Below, piece by piece: positions 29,984-40,514 of a stretch of 64,000 bases of DNA (position 1 is the first letter of the stretch; every line of letters starts with the position of its first letter). The notes beneath the pieces were generated by a model. That model had not been told where the DNA came from. It saw only the letters and a program-made list of their open reading frames with translations, and did no database searches. This DNA comes from a virus (taxonomy: Duplodnaviria; Caudoviricetes): positions 32,001-96,000 of the IMG/VR virus record IMGVR_UViG_3300026549_000029; one strand, written 5' to 3'. A program made the translations under genes and the position numbers.

Positions 29984-30420
29984 TATTCTATCACTCCTAT
30001 AACAACTGGATTATCATAATTTCCTGCTAAATTAGAAACTAAGAATTTTTGTCCTTTATAATATTCTACTCTTGTTATAGTAGCATTATTAGTAGATGAT
30101 TCATCTCCACCTGGATGATAAACTGAAATATTTGTAATATAAAATAAATGTCTAGGTACTTTTAATTCTACATAATTTGATGTAGTGATTGCAGATACAC
30201 CTAAACTTAATTGGTCTCTATTGATAACATTACTAGCACTCTGTCTAGGTAATTGTGTATCATATTCAGATTTAGATACATTAGGTGTTAAATATGACAT
30301 AACAAATTTACCAATATTATTTTCAAAAGTGACTTTATCACTTATTAATTCCACATAATGTAATCCAAGCATATTTGCTTTATTATTAGCAAAATTACTT
30401 TTCATTACAGTACTATCCAT
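29983..30420 (-). CDS. probable baseplate or tail protein
   Basis: Co-transcribed with the gp53-like gene from a late-type promoter; C-terminal GQKFLV...GNYDNPVVIG. Confidence 0.45.
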   Translation of the reverse strand: MDSTVMKSNFANNKANMLGLHYVELISDKVTFENNIGKFVMSYLTPNVSKSEYDTQLPRQSASNVINRDQLSLGVSAITTSNYVELKVPRHLFYITNISVYHPGGDESSTNNATITRVEYYKGQKFLVSNLAGNYDNPVVIGVIE

Positions 30421-30531
30421 ACTAATATCTCCATTTAATAATTATATAGAAGTTTCGGAATACTAAAATCATAAACGGTAAGATATTATAATAATGATAT
30501 GGAAAATATAAGAAAAGAGGTTAAAAAACAA

Positions 30532-30717
30532 ATGAGTATTAAAAAATGGAAAGTAATAGCCGAATTAGATTGGTGTGCTAATAATTTTAACAGTTGTATT
30601 GTAGAAGCTAATACAGAAAGGAAAGCTAGAATTATGGCTGAAAAATATTTCAAAAAGAAAATGAAAGCTTTTGCAATAAATATTCAAGATATTGAATTAA
30701 TTAATGAGGAGGTTTAA
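30532..30717 (+). CDS. small early protein (paralog of 48774..48977)
   Basis: KVIAEL...IVEANTERKARIMA. Confidence 0.65.
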   Translation: MSIKKWKVIAELDWCANNFNSCIVEANTERKARIMAEKYFKKKMKAFAINIQDIELINEEV

Positions 30718-30719
30718 TA

Positions 30720-31136
30720 ATGAAAGTTAACATAGATATTTTTAATAAAGATAGTATACCTAAAGAAATTTATGATATTATCAAAAAATTTGAAGATGAT
30801 TTTGATGAACTTATTCATTATGATAAAATTTCTATAAATAATTATATGGATAATAAAAAAGAATATTTTAATGAATATATAAAAATTCGTTCTAAAAATC
30901 ATACATTAATTTATACATATTCTAAAACATATAAAATGAATTCTATTTGTAGAGAAAATAATTTTACAAAATATTCTTATCTAAATCATCATTATATATA
31001 TAATAATGATTTAGTTAACAAAACTAAAGAAAATAATATAGATAATTCTACATGCACAACATATGCTTCAACTAATGCACCTTTATATGTACCTATTGCA
31101 GAATATAGTTTTAATATAAGCCGTGTAATAATGTAA
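30720..31136 (+). CDS. hypothetical protein
   Basis: GGAGG RBS. Confidence 0.55.
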   Translation: MKVNIDIFNKDSIPKEIYDIIKKFEDDFDELIHYDKISINNYMDNKKEYFNEYIKIRSKNHTLIYTYSKTYKMNSICRENNFTKYSYLNHHYIYNNDLVNKTKENNIDNSTCTTYASTNAPLYVPIAEYSFNISRVIM

Positions 31137-31154
31137 ATCGAAAGAAGGTTAAAA

Positions 31155-31646
31155 ATGTTTAATGATAAAGATGTAGCAGATATTACTAGAAATTTATTAA
31201 TCGCTTTAGGTATAGAAATACAAAAAGGTAGTAATATTTTATTTTATCAAGAATCTAAAAATACTATATTCTTTGATAATCATCCTGTAAAAGCTAATAT
31301 AGATTCTAACTCTGCTTTATTTATAGATAAGGATGATGTTAGATTTAATCCAATTGATCCTAGATGTACTAAATTAATGGATAGATTCTTTGCTAGATAT
31401 TTAGAAGATTCCAGTGAAGAGGGTAATCTTCCTGTTTGTTCTACTTATTTCTTTGATAAAGATAAAGATACAGGAAATTATATGCTTCATGTAAGATTTG
31501 AAGATGGATCTGAATATAAAGGAAATTGGTATATTAATAAAATAATATGTCTTATTGAAGCTGTATTTAGCTTAGATGGAACATTTGCTGATATTAATCT
31601 CAGACCTTATGATTTAGATCAATCAGAATGGATAGATGATGAATAA
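31155..31646 (+). CDS. hypothetical protein
   Basis: ORF in operon. Confidence 0.7.
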   Translation: MFNDKDVADITRNLLIALGIEIQKGSNILFYQESKNTIFFDNHPVKANIDSNSALFIDKDDVRFNPIDPRCTKLMDRFFARYLEDSSEEGNLPVCSTYFFDKDKDTGNYMLHVRFEDGSEYKGNWYINKIICLIEAVFSLDGTFADINLRPYDLDQSEWIDDE

Positions 31647-32862
31647 TATCATTTTAAATCAAGGACAACAGAAGATTTATGATGCTGCTATACAGTGGTA
31701 TTATAAATCTTCTAATCCTTTATTTCAAATAGCTTCTGAAGCAGGTTGTGGTAAGAGTGTATTAGTTGCAGAAATAGTAAATGGTCTTGGTTTAAGAGAA
31801 GATCAAATATTACCTATGGCCTATACTGGTCAAGCAGCTATGGTAATGAGATTACATGGTTTAACAAATGCATGTACTTGCCATTCTGGATTATTTATTC
31901 CTATTCAAGTTAAAGATACTGATGGAGAAGGAAATTATATTATAGATACAAGATTCAATACTGTAGTTTATAAATGGAAATTTATTCCTAAAGATTTTAC
32001 TAATTCTAATATTAAACTTATAATATTAGATGAAGCTTGGATGGTTCCAAGAAAGTTTAGAAAGTTTATTGATGATATAGGAATTAAGGTAATTGCTACT
32101 GGAGATCCTGGTCAGTTACCACCTATTGCTGACGATCCTGGATATTTTGTAGATGGGGAAATTCATTATTTAACTGAGATTATGAGACAAGAGAGAGATT
32201 CTGCTCTTGTACATATTGCTCATAGAGCAAGATATGGGTATCCTATAGATTATGGATTATATGGTAATGATGTATTAGTTATATTTGATACAGAATTAGA
32301 TAATAATATTTTAATGAAAGCTAATATTATTTTATGTGGAAAGAACGATACTAGAGATATTTTAAATAGAAGAATAAGAAAAGATATTTTACATTTTTAC
32401 AATGATACTCCTAATTATGGGGAAAGAGTAATATGCAGAAAAAATAATTGGGGAGTATTTATAGACGATATTCCTCTTGTAAATGGTTTAACAGGATTTG
32501 TATTATCTCAACCTACAGTAGAGAAATATGATGGTAAAACTATAAAAATTGATTTTATGCCCGACTTATCTAATAATGCATTTATAGATTTACCTATAAA
32601 TCGAAATTATATAAATGCAAGTAATAAAAAGGAAAGAGAATTTATAAAAAGAGATCCATACTTACAAGGAGAATTATTTGAATATGCTTATTCATCTACT
32701 GTACATTTAGCACAAGGATCAGAATATAATTATGGTATATATTTTGAAGAGTATTTGGGACAACCTGGATGGTATCAAAATGCTTTAAATTATACAGCTA
32801 TTACAAGATTTAGAAATAAACTTATTTATGTAAAACATAAACCTAAATATTGGAGTTTCTAA
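31636..32862 (+). CDS. Dda/RecD-like SF1B helicase
   Basis: LNQGQ, AGCGKS, AYTGQAA, LDEAWM, GDPGQLPP, LTEIMRQ, TVHLAQGSE, YTAITR. Confidence 0.92.
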   Translation: MMNNIILNQGQQKIYDAAIQWYYKSSNPLFQIASEAGCGKSVLVAEIVNGLGLREDQILPMAYTGQAAMVMRLHGLTNACTCHSGLFIPIQVKDTDGEGNYIIDTRFNTVVYKWKFIPKDFTNSNIKLIILDEAWMVPRKFRKFIDDIGIKVIATGDPGQLPPIADDPGYFVDGEIHYLTEIMRQERDSALVHIAHRARYGYPIDYGLYGNDVLVIFDTELDNNILMKANIILCGKNDTRDILNRRIRKDILHFYNDTPNYGERVICRKNNWGVFIDDIPLVNGLTGFVLSQPTVEKYDGKTIKIDFMPDLSNNAFIDLPINRNYINASNKKEREFIKRDPYLQGELFEYAYSSTVHLAQGSEYNYGIYFEEYLGQPGWYQNALNYTAITRFRNKLIYVKHKPKYWSF

Positions 32863-32908
32863 AATTTATTATTATAAGATATTATAATAATGAAAGGAGA
32901 GTAAAGTT

Positions 32909-33307
32909 ATGAAATATATTGTTGAAGTTAAGAATTTAACTACAAATGATTCATCAGGTATTCATACACAGACTAATTATATTAGAGAAATTAATGCTGG
33001 AGATTTTTACATTCATTTTAAGCATGAATTAAAACAAGTAGATGAAGATGGAAAAGAATATCCTATAACACTTTATTTATATAAAATTCTTAATATTGCA
33101 TATAATGCAAGTGATAATGTAGGAAATGTAAAATATTTTATTATTTATAAAAATATTTTATCTGGAGATACATATGCCAGAGATATAAAAGAGTTTTTAT
33201 CTCTTGTAGATAAAGAAAAATATCCTGAAATTAAATCTAAATTTAGATTTACTAAATGTGATGCTTTAGGAAATATAATTGAATGGTATAATAAAAAAGA
33301 GGAATAA
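32909..33307 (+). CDS. DUF1653-family protein
   Basis: YIHFK...YKILNIA...IYKN...YARD..EFLS.VDKEKYP....FRF. Confidence 0.75.
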   Translation: MKYIVEVKNLTTNDSSGIHTQTNYIREINAGDFYIHFKHELKQVDEDGKEYPITLYLYKILNIAYNASDNVGNVKYFIIYKNILSGDTYARDIKEFLSLVDKEKYPEIKSKFRFTKCDALGNIIEWYNKKEE

Positions 33308-33310
33308 ATA

Positions 33311-33850
33311 ATGGAAGATCGAAGAAATCTACAAATATGGGATAATAATGGTAGAGTGGTTACAGATGATGATACATTAAATAATATTATTAGAAGTGTA
33401 GAAGATGAAGAAGATGCTGTACTTGGTGCAGTTATTCCTGCTGTAAGCTTTGAAGGAGAAAATCCTGACGAAAAAGTCTATTTATTATTATTATCAATAT
33501 ATGATACAAATAGTACTAGAGATGATATTATACGACATTGGGAAATTAAAGTAGGTAGACAAGCTACTTATGATACTCTTAAAGAATTAGTTAAATATGA
33601 AGCTATTGATCCTAATACTTCATTTATTATTGGTGGATCATCTATTAATGCTGATATTATTATTAATGGTAAAACAGAAGCTAGAGATAATATTAAATTT
33701 AATGATGTATCTCCTATAACAGTATTTAGATTTTTAAAAGCCATGAAAGAAAATCATAAAGTATTAGATGGTGATGATATGTTTAATATAGATGATTTTG
33801 AAAAAGAAGATGCTATTACTTTTGGAGATAAAACTATCTTTGAAATTTAA
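33311..33850 (+). CDS. hypothetical protein
   Basis: ORF in operon. Confidence 0.7.
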   Translation: MEDRRNLQIWDNNGRVVTDDDTLNNIIRSVEDEEDAVLGAVIPAVSFEGENPDEKVYLLLLSIYDTNSTRDDIIRHWEIKVGRQATYDTLKELVKYEAIDPNTSFIIGGSSINADIIINGKTEARDNIKFNDVSPITVFRFLKAMKENHKVLDGDDMFNIDDFEKEDAITFGDKTIFEI

Positions 33851-33870
33851 TTAAAAAAGGAGAAAATAAA

Positions 33871-34914
33871 ATGACTGAATTTGATAACATTGAGTATGGA
33901 TTTAATTCATCTGGTGGAATTGTGGAAGAGCCTATTCCTTCACAGTTAGGAAGTCAGATTCTTATCAGACCAAAGTTTAATACTCTTATTGAGAATGGTA
34001 CAGAAGAGAATACAGATCATTCTGAGAAGAAATTTAATGGTCCTGTAACATCTAATCTTAATAAGGATACAACACCTTATGGATTTAATACTATTGTAAA
34101 TCAGCTTGATAATATTCCTAAGCCCGAAATGGCTGAAAATGTTTCTATGAATAAATTAGTAGAAAATGGAACTACTAATGAAGTAGTAAAATCTATGGGA
34201 TTAGATATGAATCCTTTAGTAAAAGATATTCCTACAGATAAAAGTGATCCTGAATTTGTAGGATTAAATTTTAATAATCTTGTCTCTGATTTTGTTCCTA
34301 ATTATGATAATAAATTTGGAGTACAAGCTATTCCATTAAATATGGATGCAAGTATGCTTCCTAAGCCTATTACTCCTGAAGATTTACATAACAATAAGGA
34401 TAATAAACCTAATAGAAGAATCAATAACTGGTTTACCAGAATTATTGATCAAAAAGGTGAAGACTATTTTACCTCTGGAAAGCTTACTATTGAAGAAGTA
34501 AGTAAGAATGCAGAACGTATTATTGATGATATGATTGCAGGAAAGGTTGACTATGATAAGTTTGGCCCTTATCTGATTCTTCCTGTAATTTTGGATACAT
34601 TAATCAATTATTGTTCTAACAAACTTGCAATTAATAGAGCTTTACAGTTCTCTTTAGGTTATATTTATAATGACTATATAGAGAGAGCAAACTTAGCAGA
34701 TGATCCTGAAAGATATAATATTCTTATTAGAATTGATGATTCTCTTATTAGAGATATCACTCAGTCTATTGCTATTGTCAATCAGGATATTGCTGTTTAT
34801 AGCATTCTCTTTAATAGACTTTCTTATGTAAATGCTACTAAGAATGCTAGTAATCTGTATAGTCTTATAAATGAATTAAATTCTTATAAGAAACAGATGA
34901 AAAAACGTTATTAA
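33871..34914 (+). CDS. hypothetical protein (disordered N-half, helical C-half)
   Basis: ORF with strong RBS. Confidence 0.75.
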   Translation: MTEFDNIEYGFNSSGGIVEEPIPSQLGSQILIRPKFNTLIENGTEENTDHSEKKFNGPVTSNLNKDTTPYGFNTIVNQLDNIPKPEMAENVSMNKLVENGTTNEVVKSMGLDMNPLVKDIPTDKSDPEFVGLNFNNLVSDFVPNYDNKFGVQAIPLNMDASMLPKPITPEDLHNNKDNKPNRRINNWFTRIIDQKGEDYFTSGKLTIEEVSKNAERIIDDMIAGKVDYDKFGPYLILPVILDTLINYCSNKLAINRALQFSLGYIYNDYIERANLADDPERYNILIRIDDSLIRDITQSIAIVNQDIAVYSILFNRLSYVNATKNASNLYSLINELNSYKKQMKKRY

Positions 34915-34929
34915 AGGAGAAATCTGATT

Positions 34930-35427
34930 ATGAATAAAAGTGTAGTTTTAGCAAAACTTGAAGAATATAAAGATAGACCTATTGAATTGGGTCTTCTTGA
35001 TGTTAAAAGTATATATGGTAATATTGAAGGTCATTGGCTCTTTGATGGTGGGGATTGTCTCATTCATGTAGAGAAGAATGTTTCTAATGCTTCTTATGAG
35101 ATTCCTTCTATTACTCAGAGAGAAAAGCCTTTTGTTATGACTCATATTTATTATGATGATATTTCTTATATTAAGACTTATATTTCTCCTGGATCTGGAG
35201 AAATTGAGAATGATCTTAGATCTTTTACTCCTGTTGGTACAGAAAAGAGTAAAGATGATATTATTAAAGAACTTCAGGGAGATAGTGTACATAAAGCAGT
35301 TGGTCCTAGAAGTTTCCAGAATGTAGATAATGTAGCACCTGGTTCTTCTTATGGAACTTTTAAAGGTTCTGCTATTAGTACTACTATTGAAGGACTTCCT
35401 GAGTATTACAATAAACTTGTTGAATAA
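34930..35427 (+). CDS. hypothetical protein
   Basis: ORF with RBS. Confidence 0.7.
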   Translation: MNKSVVLAKLEEYKDRPIELGLLDVKSIYGNIEGHWLFDGGDCLIHVEKNVSNASYEIPSITQREKPFVMTHIYYDDISYIKTYISPGSGEIENDLRSFTPVGTEKSKDDIIKELQGDSVHKAVGPRSFQNVDNVAPGSSYGTFKGSAISTTIEGLPEYYNKLVE

Positions 35428-35630
35428 AAGTGGTATAATTTTAAATTAATTTTTAAACAGCACCTAACTAAATAATACGAAGGAATTAATAAAAATAATT
35501 CATTCGAAAAATCGAGTGTTAAAATTGATTTTGAGAATGTATTATAAATATGAATCGAAAGTTAAAATCTCACACATTAACTTAAGATTCAAAAAATATA
35601 CATATTTTAATCTCAAAGGAGGAAACAAAA

Positions 35631-36545
35631 ATGAACATGTATGGTAATGTATTTATGGGACCCGGTATGGTTCCGAATCAGTATCAGCAGAAGAAAACTC
35701 TTAACTGGCTTCCTGCTGAAGATTATGCACTTCTTCAGAAGGGACTTTCTCAGTTTAAGCTTTCTGTAACTAAAGAGGAGCTTGCAAAAGGTCAGTGTAA
35801 TCATTATGATCGTAATGGTAATCCTACACTGGTTCCTGATCCTGATGGGAGTGGTGGTTGCACCTGCACAACTTGTGGAACTCACTTCTATACTAAGGAC
35901 TTTACTTCTGAAGAAATTAAGAATGCTACTGATAATATTCTTGATATTCTGAATACCATTAAGATTATGTATCTGTCGATCGATCCTAATGCAGCTCTGG
36001 ATTATTTCCAGATTATTCCGTTTATCGAGAAGATTCCTGCTCTGTATAATATTGCTGTTCAGGATTTCAAGAGATATGAAGGTATTGATAGTTTCGTGCC
36101 TGGAGCAAATGGCTATAATGTAAATCCGTTCAATATCTATGCTATGATGACTCAGCCTGGTTGGGGAATGGTTCCTCCTCAGCAGCAGATGTATGGATAT
36201 AATTATCAGCAGCCTGGAATGATGCAGCCTAATATGGCTCCTCAGGGACAGCCTGTAGCTCCTCAGCAGCCTATGAATCCTGCTGGACAGCAGCAGATGT
36301 ATAGTTTCAATCCTAACATGAATGCTGGATTTGCTCAGCAGAATCCTCAGTTCAATCCTATCTATGGAGGTCAGGGAGCTTATCAGCCCCAGATGCAGGG
36401 ATTTAGCATGAATCCTGTTGGAGCAGCAGCTCCTCAGCAGGGGTATATGAATACTAATATGCCCAATGCTATGAATCCTACTGGACAGGCTCAGACTTCT
36501 CAGCCTGCAACTCCTGCTCAGACAGCTTCTAGTGAACAGAAGTAA
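35631..36545 (+). CDS. Zn-binding protein with long Q/P/M/N/G-rich low-complexity tail
   Basis: CNH...CTCTTCG; ~130-aa nearly uncharged tail; own promoter, GGAGG RBS and terminator. Confidence 0.8.
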   Translation: MNMYGNVFMGPGMVPNQYQQKKTLNWLPAEDYALLQKGLSQFKLSVTKEELAKGQCNHYDRNGNPTLVPDPDGSGGCTCTTCGTHFYTKDFTSEEIKNATDNILDILNTIKIMYLSIDPNAALDYFQIIPFIEKIPALYNIAVQDFKRYEGIDSFVPGANGYNVNPFNIYAMMTQPGWGMVPPQQQMYGYNYQQPGMMQPNMAPQGQPVAPQQPMNPAGQQQMYSFNPNMNAGFAQQNPQFNPIYGGQGAYQPQMQGFSMNPVGAAAPQQGYMNTNMPNAMNPTGQAQTSQPATPAQTASSEQK

Positions 36546-36574
36546 TTAAGTAATTATTTGAGATTAGAATAAGT

Positions 36575-36602
36575 TAGGGGTGGAGGTAAATCTCCACCCC
36601 TA
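36575..36602 (+). terminator. intrinsic terminator
   Basis: TAGGGGTGGAG/CTCCACCCCTA. Confidence 0.8.
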
Positions 36603-36783
36603 TATATTTTCATATTTTTTAATAATTACTATATTATAGGTTTTTACCTCAATATTAACCTCTAATTAATCTGAAATTAATAGACTGAGGATATTTAATT
36701 TTTAAATAAAGAAAAATTATAATTTTACTGTCTAGTAACTAATAAATGAAAGAATATTTTGTTAGAGAGGAGATTTCTATTTT

Positions 36784-37140
36784 ATGTTAGGAAATCCAAA
36801 TACTCAATTAGATGAAGAGATTATTTTATTTGGCAGTACTAATATGAGTAAAGATGATGTATTATCTATATTATAAGAAGAATGTTCTGAATTAATTCAT
36901 GCTATATCAAAATATAATAGAGCTAATGGAAAAGGAATACCTACTTGGTGTTCTAAAGAAGAAGCATATTATAATTTAATTCAAGAATTTACTGATGTTA
37001 TGATTGATTTAAATCAATTAGCAAGAATGATGAATTGGAATGAAGAAACTTTTAAACCTTATAAAATGAAAGCTCATATTGATATTATTAAAAGATATGA
37101 AGAAAGTATACTTGGAGAAAATCGTTGGAGGAAATCATAA
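36784..37140 (+). pseudogene. MazG-like nucleotide pyrophosphohydrolase with in-frame TAA at 36874-36876
   Basis: GAGGAG RBS; ...VLSIL*EECSELIHAISKYNR...NLIQEFTDV; frame otherwise open to TAA at 37140. Confidence 0.8.
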
Positions 37141-37146
37141 ATAAAA

Positions 37147-38706
37147 ATGCCAAAAGATAAATCTAAAATAGCACAACATGGCTTGTCAGAAGAACAGATT
37201 AAAGTAATTGATAATTATAAAAATGAAATTAAACATATAGAAGGTACAATCAATGCAGTAAGAGCTAAGATAGGTATGTATCTTGGAGCTATGCATGATC
37301 AAGGATGGCTAAATGGATTTAGAGAGATATTTCAAAACTCTATTGATCAGGTAATTAATCCAGATTCTCCTTGTAATTTTGTATCAGTATTATATGATGA
37401 AAGAACATATAAATTTGCTGTACAAGATAATGGTATGGGAATTCCTTTTGATATGATTATTCAGATATATACAGAAGGACATACTGGACGAAATCTTACT
37501 AAAAGTAAAAAAGGAGATTATACTGCAGGAACTAATGGTATAGGTGCTAAAGTAACAAATGCAGTATCAGCATATTTTGATGTAATGTCTTATAGATATG
37601 ATGGTACATGCATGCATGTTAGATTTGAAAAAGGTAAATTAAAGAAACAAGAATTATTACCTAATAAGGAATTATTTCAAGGTACTAGAGTAGAATGTGA
37701 ACCTGATCATACTGTATTAGGAGAAACTCCATTAGATCCAGGCAGGGTGTATTTATTAGTAAGAGATACTTTATCTTTATTACCTATTGGAACTAAGATA
37801 GATTATACCAGTATTAATAAAAAAGGTAAAGTTTATCATGAATTAATGGTAAATGAAGATGGTATCATGACTAATATTATTGGTAAAAGTTCAGCTATGC
37901 TGATTGCACCAATTAATATTTATAATGATACTGGAGAAATGAAACTTGAAATGTCTTTTACATTTGATCAGCAGGATTTGGGTGGGGAAGATATTACAGC
38001 TTATGCTAATATGTGTCCTACAAGTACAGAAGCTAATAGAAATACTCATGTTGGTGGAGTATTAGATGGAATTTGTACTTGGTTCTGCAATTATATGAAT
38101 AAGACATTTCTAACAGATAAAGAAAAAGTTAAAATTAGAATAATGCCAAGTGATGTTAAAACTGGATTAAAAGTGATGATATCAGCTTGGGCATTAGAGC
38201 CTATTTTTACAGGACAAGCTAAAGAAATATTTTCTAATATAGAATATAAAGCTTATGCTAAATCTGTAGTAATGAATGCTTTAGATGAATGGGCTAAAGC
38301 TAAACCTCAAGATTTATTAAAATGCTGTAAATTTATTAAAGATATAGCAAATGTTAGAATAAAAACTGATTCTGAAAAAATTAAAGTTACAGCTAAATAT
38401 GAAACTTCTGCAACTAGTGGATTACCTGCTAAATATTTAAAACCAACTTCTAAAGATTATAAAAATACAGAATTGTTTATAGTAGAAGGAGATTCAGCAT
38501 TAGAGACTGCTAGAAATGCAAGAGATGTTAAAACCCAAGGAGTATTTCCTATTAGAGGTAAAATATTAAATGTATTTCAAGCAACTCCACAAAAAATTGC
38601 AGCTAATGTAGAAATAGCTTCTATTATACAGATCTTAGGAGCTGGATATGGTAAGAATTTTGACATAAATAAGTTAAAAGTAGGTAGAATTCTGTTATTA
38701 TCGGAT
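37147..38706 (+). CDS. gyrB: type IIA topoisomerase B subunit, exon 1
   Basis: VRAKIGMYLG, EIFQNSIDQ, DNGMGIP, GTNGIGAKVTNA, IVEGDSA, PIRGKILN, ending ILLLSD. Confidence 0.95.
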
Positions 38707-39059
38707 GAATAAAAATGCGTCCGTAGATGCTTTTCCCAAAACCATGGGGGTTAGATATAATCTAGCTAACGGTAAGAGCTGAATAAGACTAATACATGAA
38801 GCCAAAAGAGATATGTATGTACTAACAAAAGACGAAGCAGCTCTCTAAGAAAGCCTAAGGTCCAGAAATGGATAGCTGGTAATACCGTGTGAAATTTTTA
38901 TTAATTAAATTAATAAGAAAAACATGTAACGACTATTCCTATATAGGAAGTACAGATATTATTGGTACATATCTGGAAAGAGCATCCTAGTTATTTTTAT
39001 AACTAGTAAAATATAGTCTAAGCCCTAATTAAATATCGAGAAATCGAGGGTACTAACTA
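38707..39059 (+). mobile_element. group I intron (ORF-less, 353 nt) in the gyrB TOPRIM DxD motif
   Basis: P1 CGGAU/GUCCG; P3 GATGCTTTTCC/GGAAAGAGCATC; P4 ACGGTA/TACCGT; P7 ACGACTA with AATATAGTCT; removal restores LSD-ADSDGAHI. Confidence 0.92.
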
Positions 39060-39896
39060 GCAGATTCAGATGGCGCACATATTTGCGACTTACTTTTATT
39101 AGTATTTCTTAAAATGTTCCCAGGTTTAGTTGAATCTGGTAAGGTTTATAAAGCTGTACCTCCTCTTTATGGTATTCCTTCTAAGAATAAAATGCAATAT
39201 TTTTCAGAGAGAATAGACTTTGTTAGATATATGCAGAAGGAATATTATAAGAAAAATACTGTTACTGATATTAAAGGTAAAGCTATAGACTCTAGTACAT
39301 TCTCTAGATTACTTATAGAGAATTCTGATTATATTTATGATTTTTCTATGATATCTGAAAGATATAAATTAAATCCTATGCTTCTTGAGATAGTACTTAC
39401 TTCATATATTGCAAAAGAAAGATTTGAAACTCTTAGAAAGAGGATTACATCTGAATTTAGATTTATGGAGAATAAGAATATTGAGAAGAGAGGATCTACT
39501 ATATTTATTAAAGGATTAATAAATGATAGAATAGAGACACTGTTTTATAATGATAGATTTATAAAAGATTGTGAACCTCTAATTGAACCTATAAGAAGAG
39601 CTATGTCTCAGAATCATATGCTATTTAAAGTGAATGGTAAAAAAGTAGGATTATATGAATTAGTATCTACTGCTATGGCATCATTAGGATCTATTAATAG
39701 ATATAAAGGTCTTGGTGAAATGAATGACTGGCAGTTAAGAGATTCTACTATGGATCCAAATACTAGAACTGTAATTCAATATACTATTGAAGATATTAAT
39801 GAAACTATGAAAATTATTAGACAATATGATTCTAATAAGAAAATGATTCTTCAAAAGATAGGTTCTGTAGATAGAGGAGATTTAATTGGATTATAA
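39060..39896 (+). CDS. gyrB: type IIA topoisomerase B subunit, exon 2 (spliced product ~798 aa)
   Basis: ADSDGAHICDLLL...GKVYKAVPPLY...RYKGLGEMN..QL..STMDP; in frame with ORF 39114. Confidence 0.93.
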   Translation, partial: ADSDGAHICDLLLLVFLKMFPGLVESGKVYKAVPPLYGIPSKNKMQYFSERIDFVRYMQKEYYKKNTVTDIKGKAIDSSTFSRLLIENSDYIYDFSMISERYKLNPMLLEIVLTSYIAKERFETLRKRITSEFRFMENKNIEKRGSTIFIKGLINDRIETLFYNDRFIKDCEPLIEPIRRAMSQNHMLFKVNGKKVGLYELVSTAMASLGSINRYKGLGEMNDWQLRDSTMDPNTRTVIQYTIEDINETMKIIRQYDSNKKMILQKIGSVDRGDLIGL

Positions 39897-39990
39897 AGAC
39901 TAATTAAATTAGATATTATAAACTTGATAAATATATGGGGCTTATATATTAATATAAGCCCCTCTCTAATCTAAAAGGAGAAAATGAAAA

Positions 39991-40512
39991 ATGTTGGTAG
40001 AATATAAAGTAAAAGAATTTGATAAACTTATTATCACAGATTTTAATGCTGATATTATTAGAATTGCTAAAGATGTAGTTAAAAGAAACATATTTGTTGA
40101 AGGAAATCCTCCTGAGAATTACATTATCACTATTTCTCTGAGAGATAAAGGTAAAGTTAGATATAACTTGAATTTCTTAAATAATACTGATAATACTTCA
40201 CCTCTATATTGCTTTGATTTTAATGTGAATATTATTGATGATAATAAAGAAATCTTTGGTAATATAAGAATTGATTCAAATGGAATGCTTAAAGAATATA
40301 ATGCTTCTCTTGAAGAAAATGAGGGTGAATCTAAAATAGATCCTATTATTATGGATTTAATTACTAAAAAGAAAGATGAATACTGTTTAGATATTAATAG
40401 CAAAAATCCTGTATCTGTAAATGATGGATTACTTAAGTTTTATGATAATGAAGCTAAGATCTCCGTTATTCAAGATCTTAAGAATAAGTTTAATAATAAG
40501 GAGAGTACTTAA
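39991..40512 (+). CDS. hypothetical protein
   Basis: Early-type promoter and RBS. Confidence 0.7.
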   Translation: MLVEYKVKEFDKLIITDFNADIIRIAKDVVKRNIFVEGNPPENYIITISLRDKGKVRYNLNFLNNTDNTSPLYCFDFNVNIIDDNKEIFGNIRIDSNGMLKEYNASLEENEGESKIDPIIMDLITKKKDEYCLDINSKNPVSVNDGLLKFYDNEAKISVIQDLKNKFNNKEST

Positions 40513-40514
40513 TA

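Noticed and set aside
38707-39059. Intein, frameshift or natural two-gene split of gyrB
   Set aside because: The insert has stops and clear group I P1/P3/P4/P7 elements; precise removal restores the DxDxxG motif
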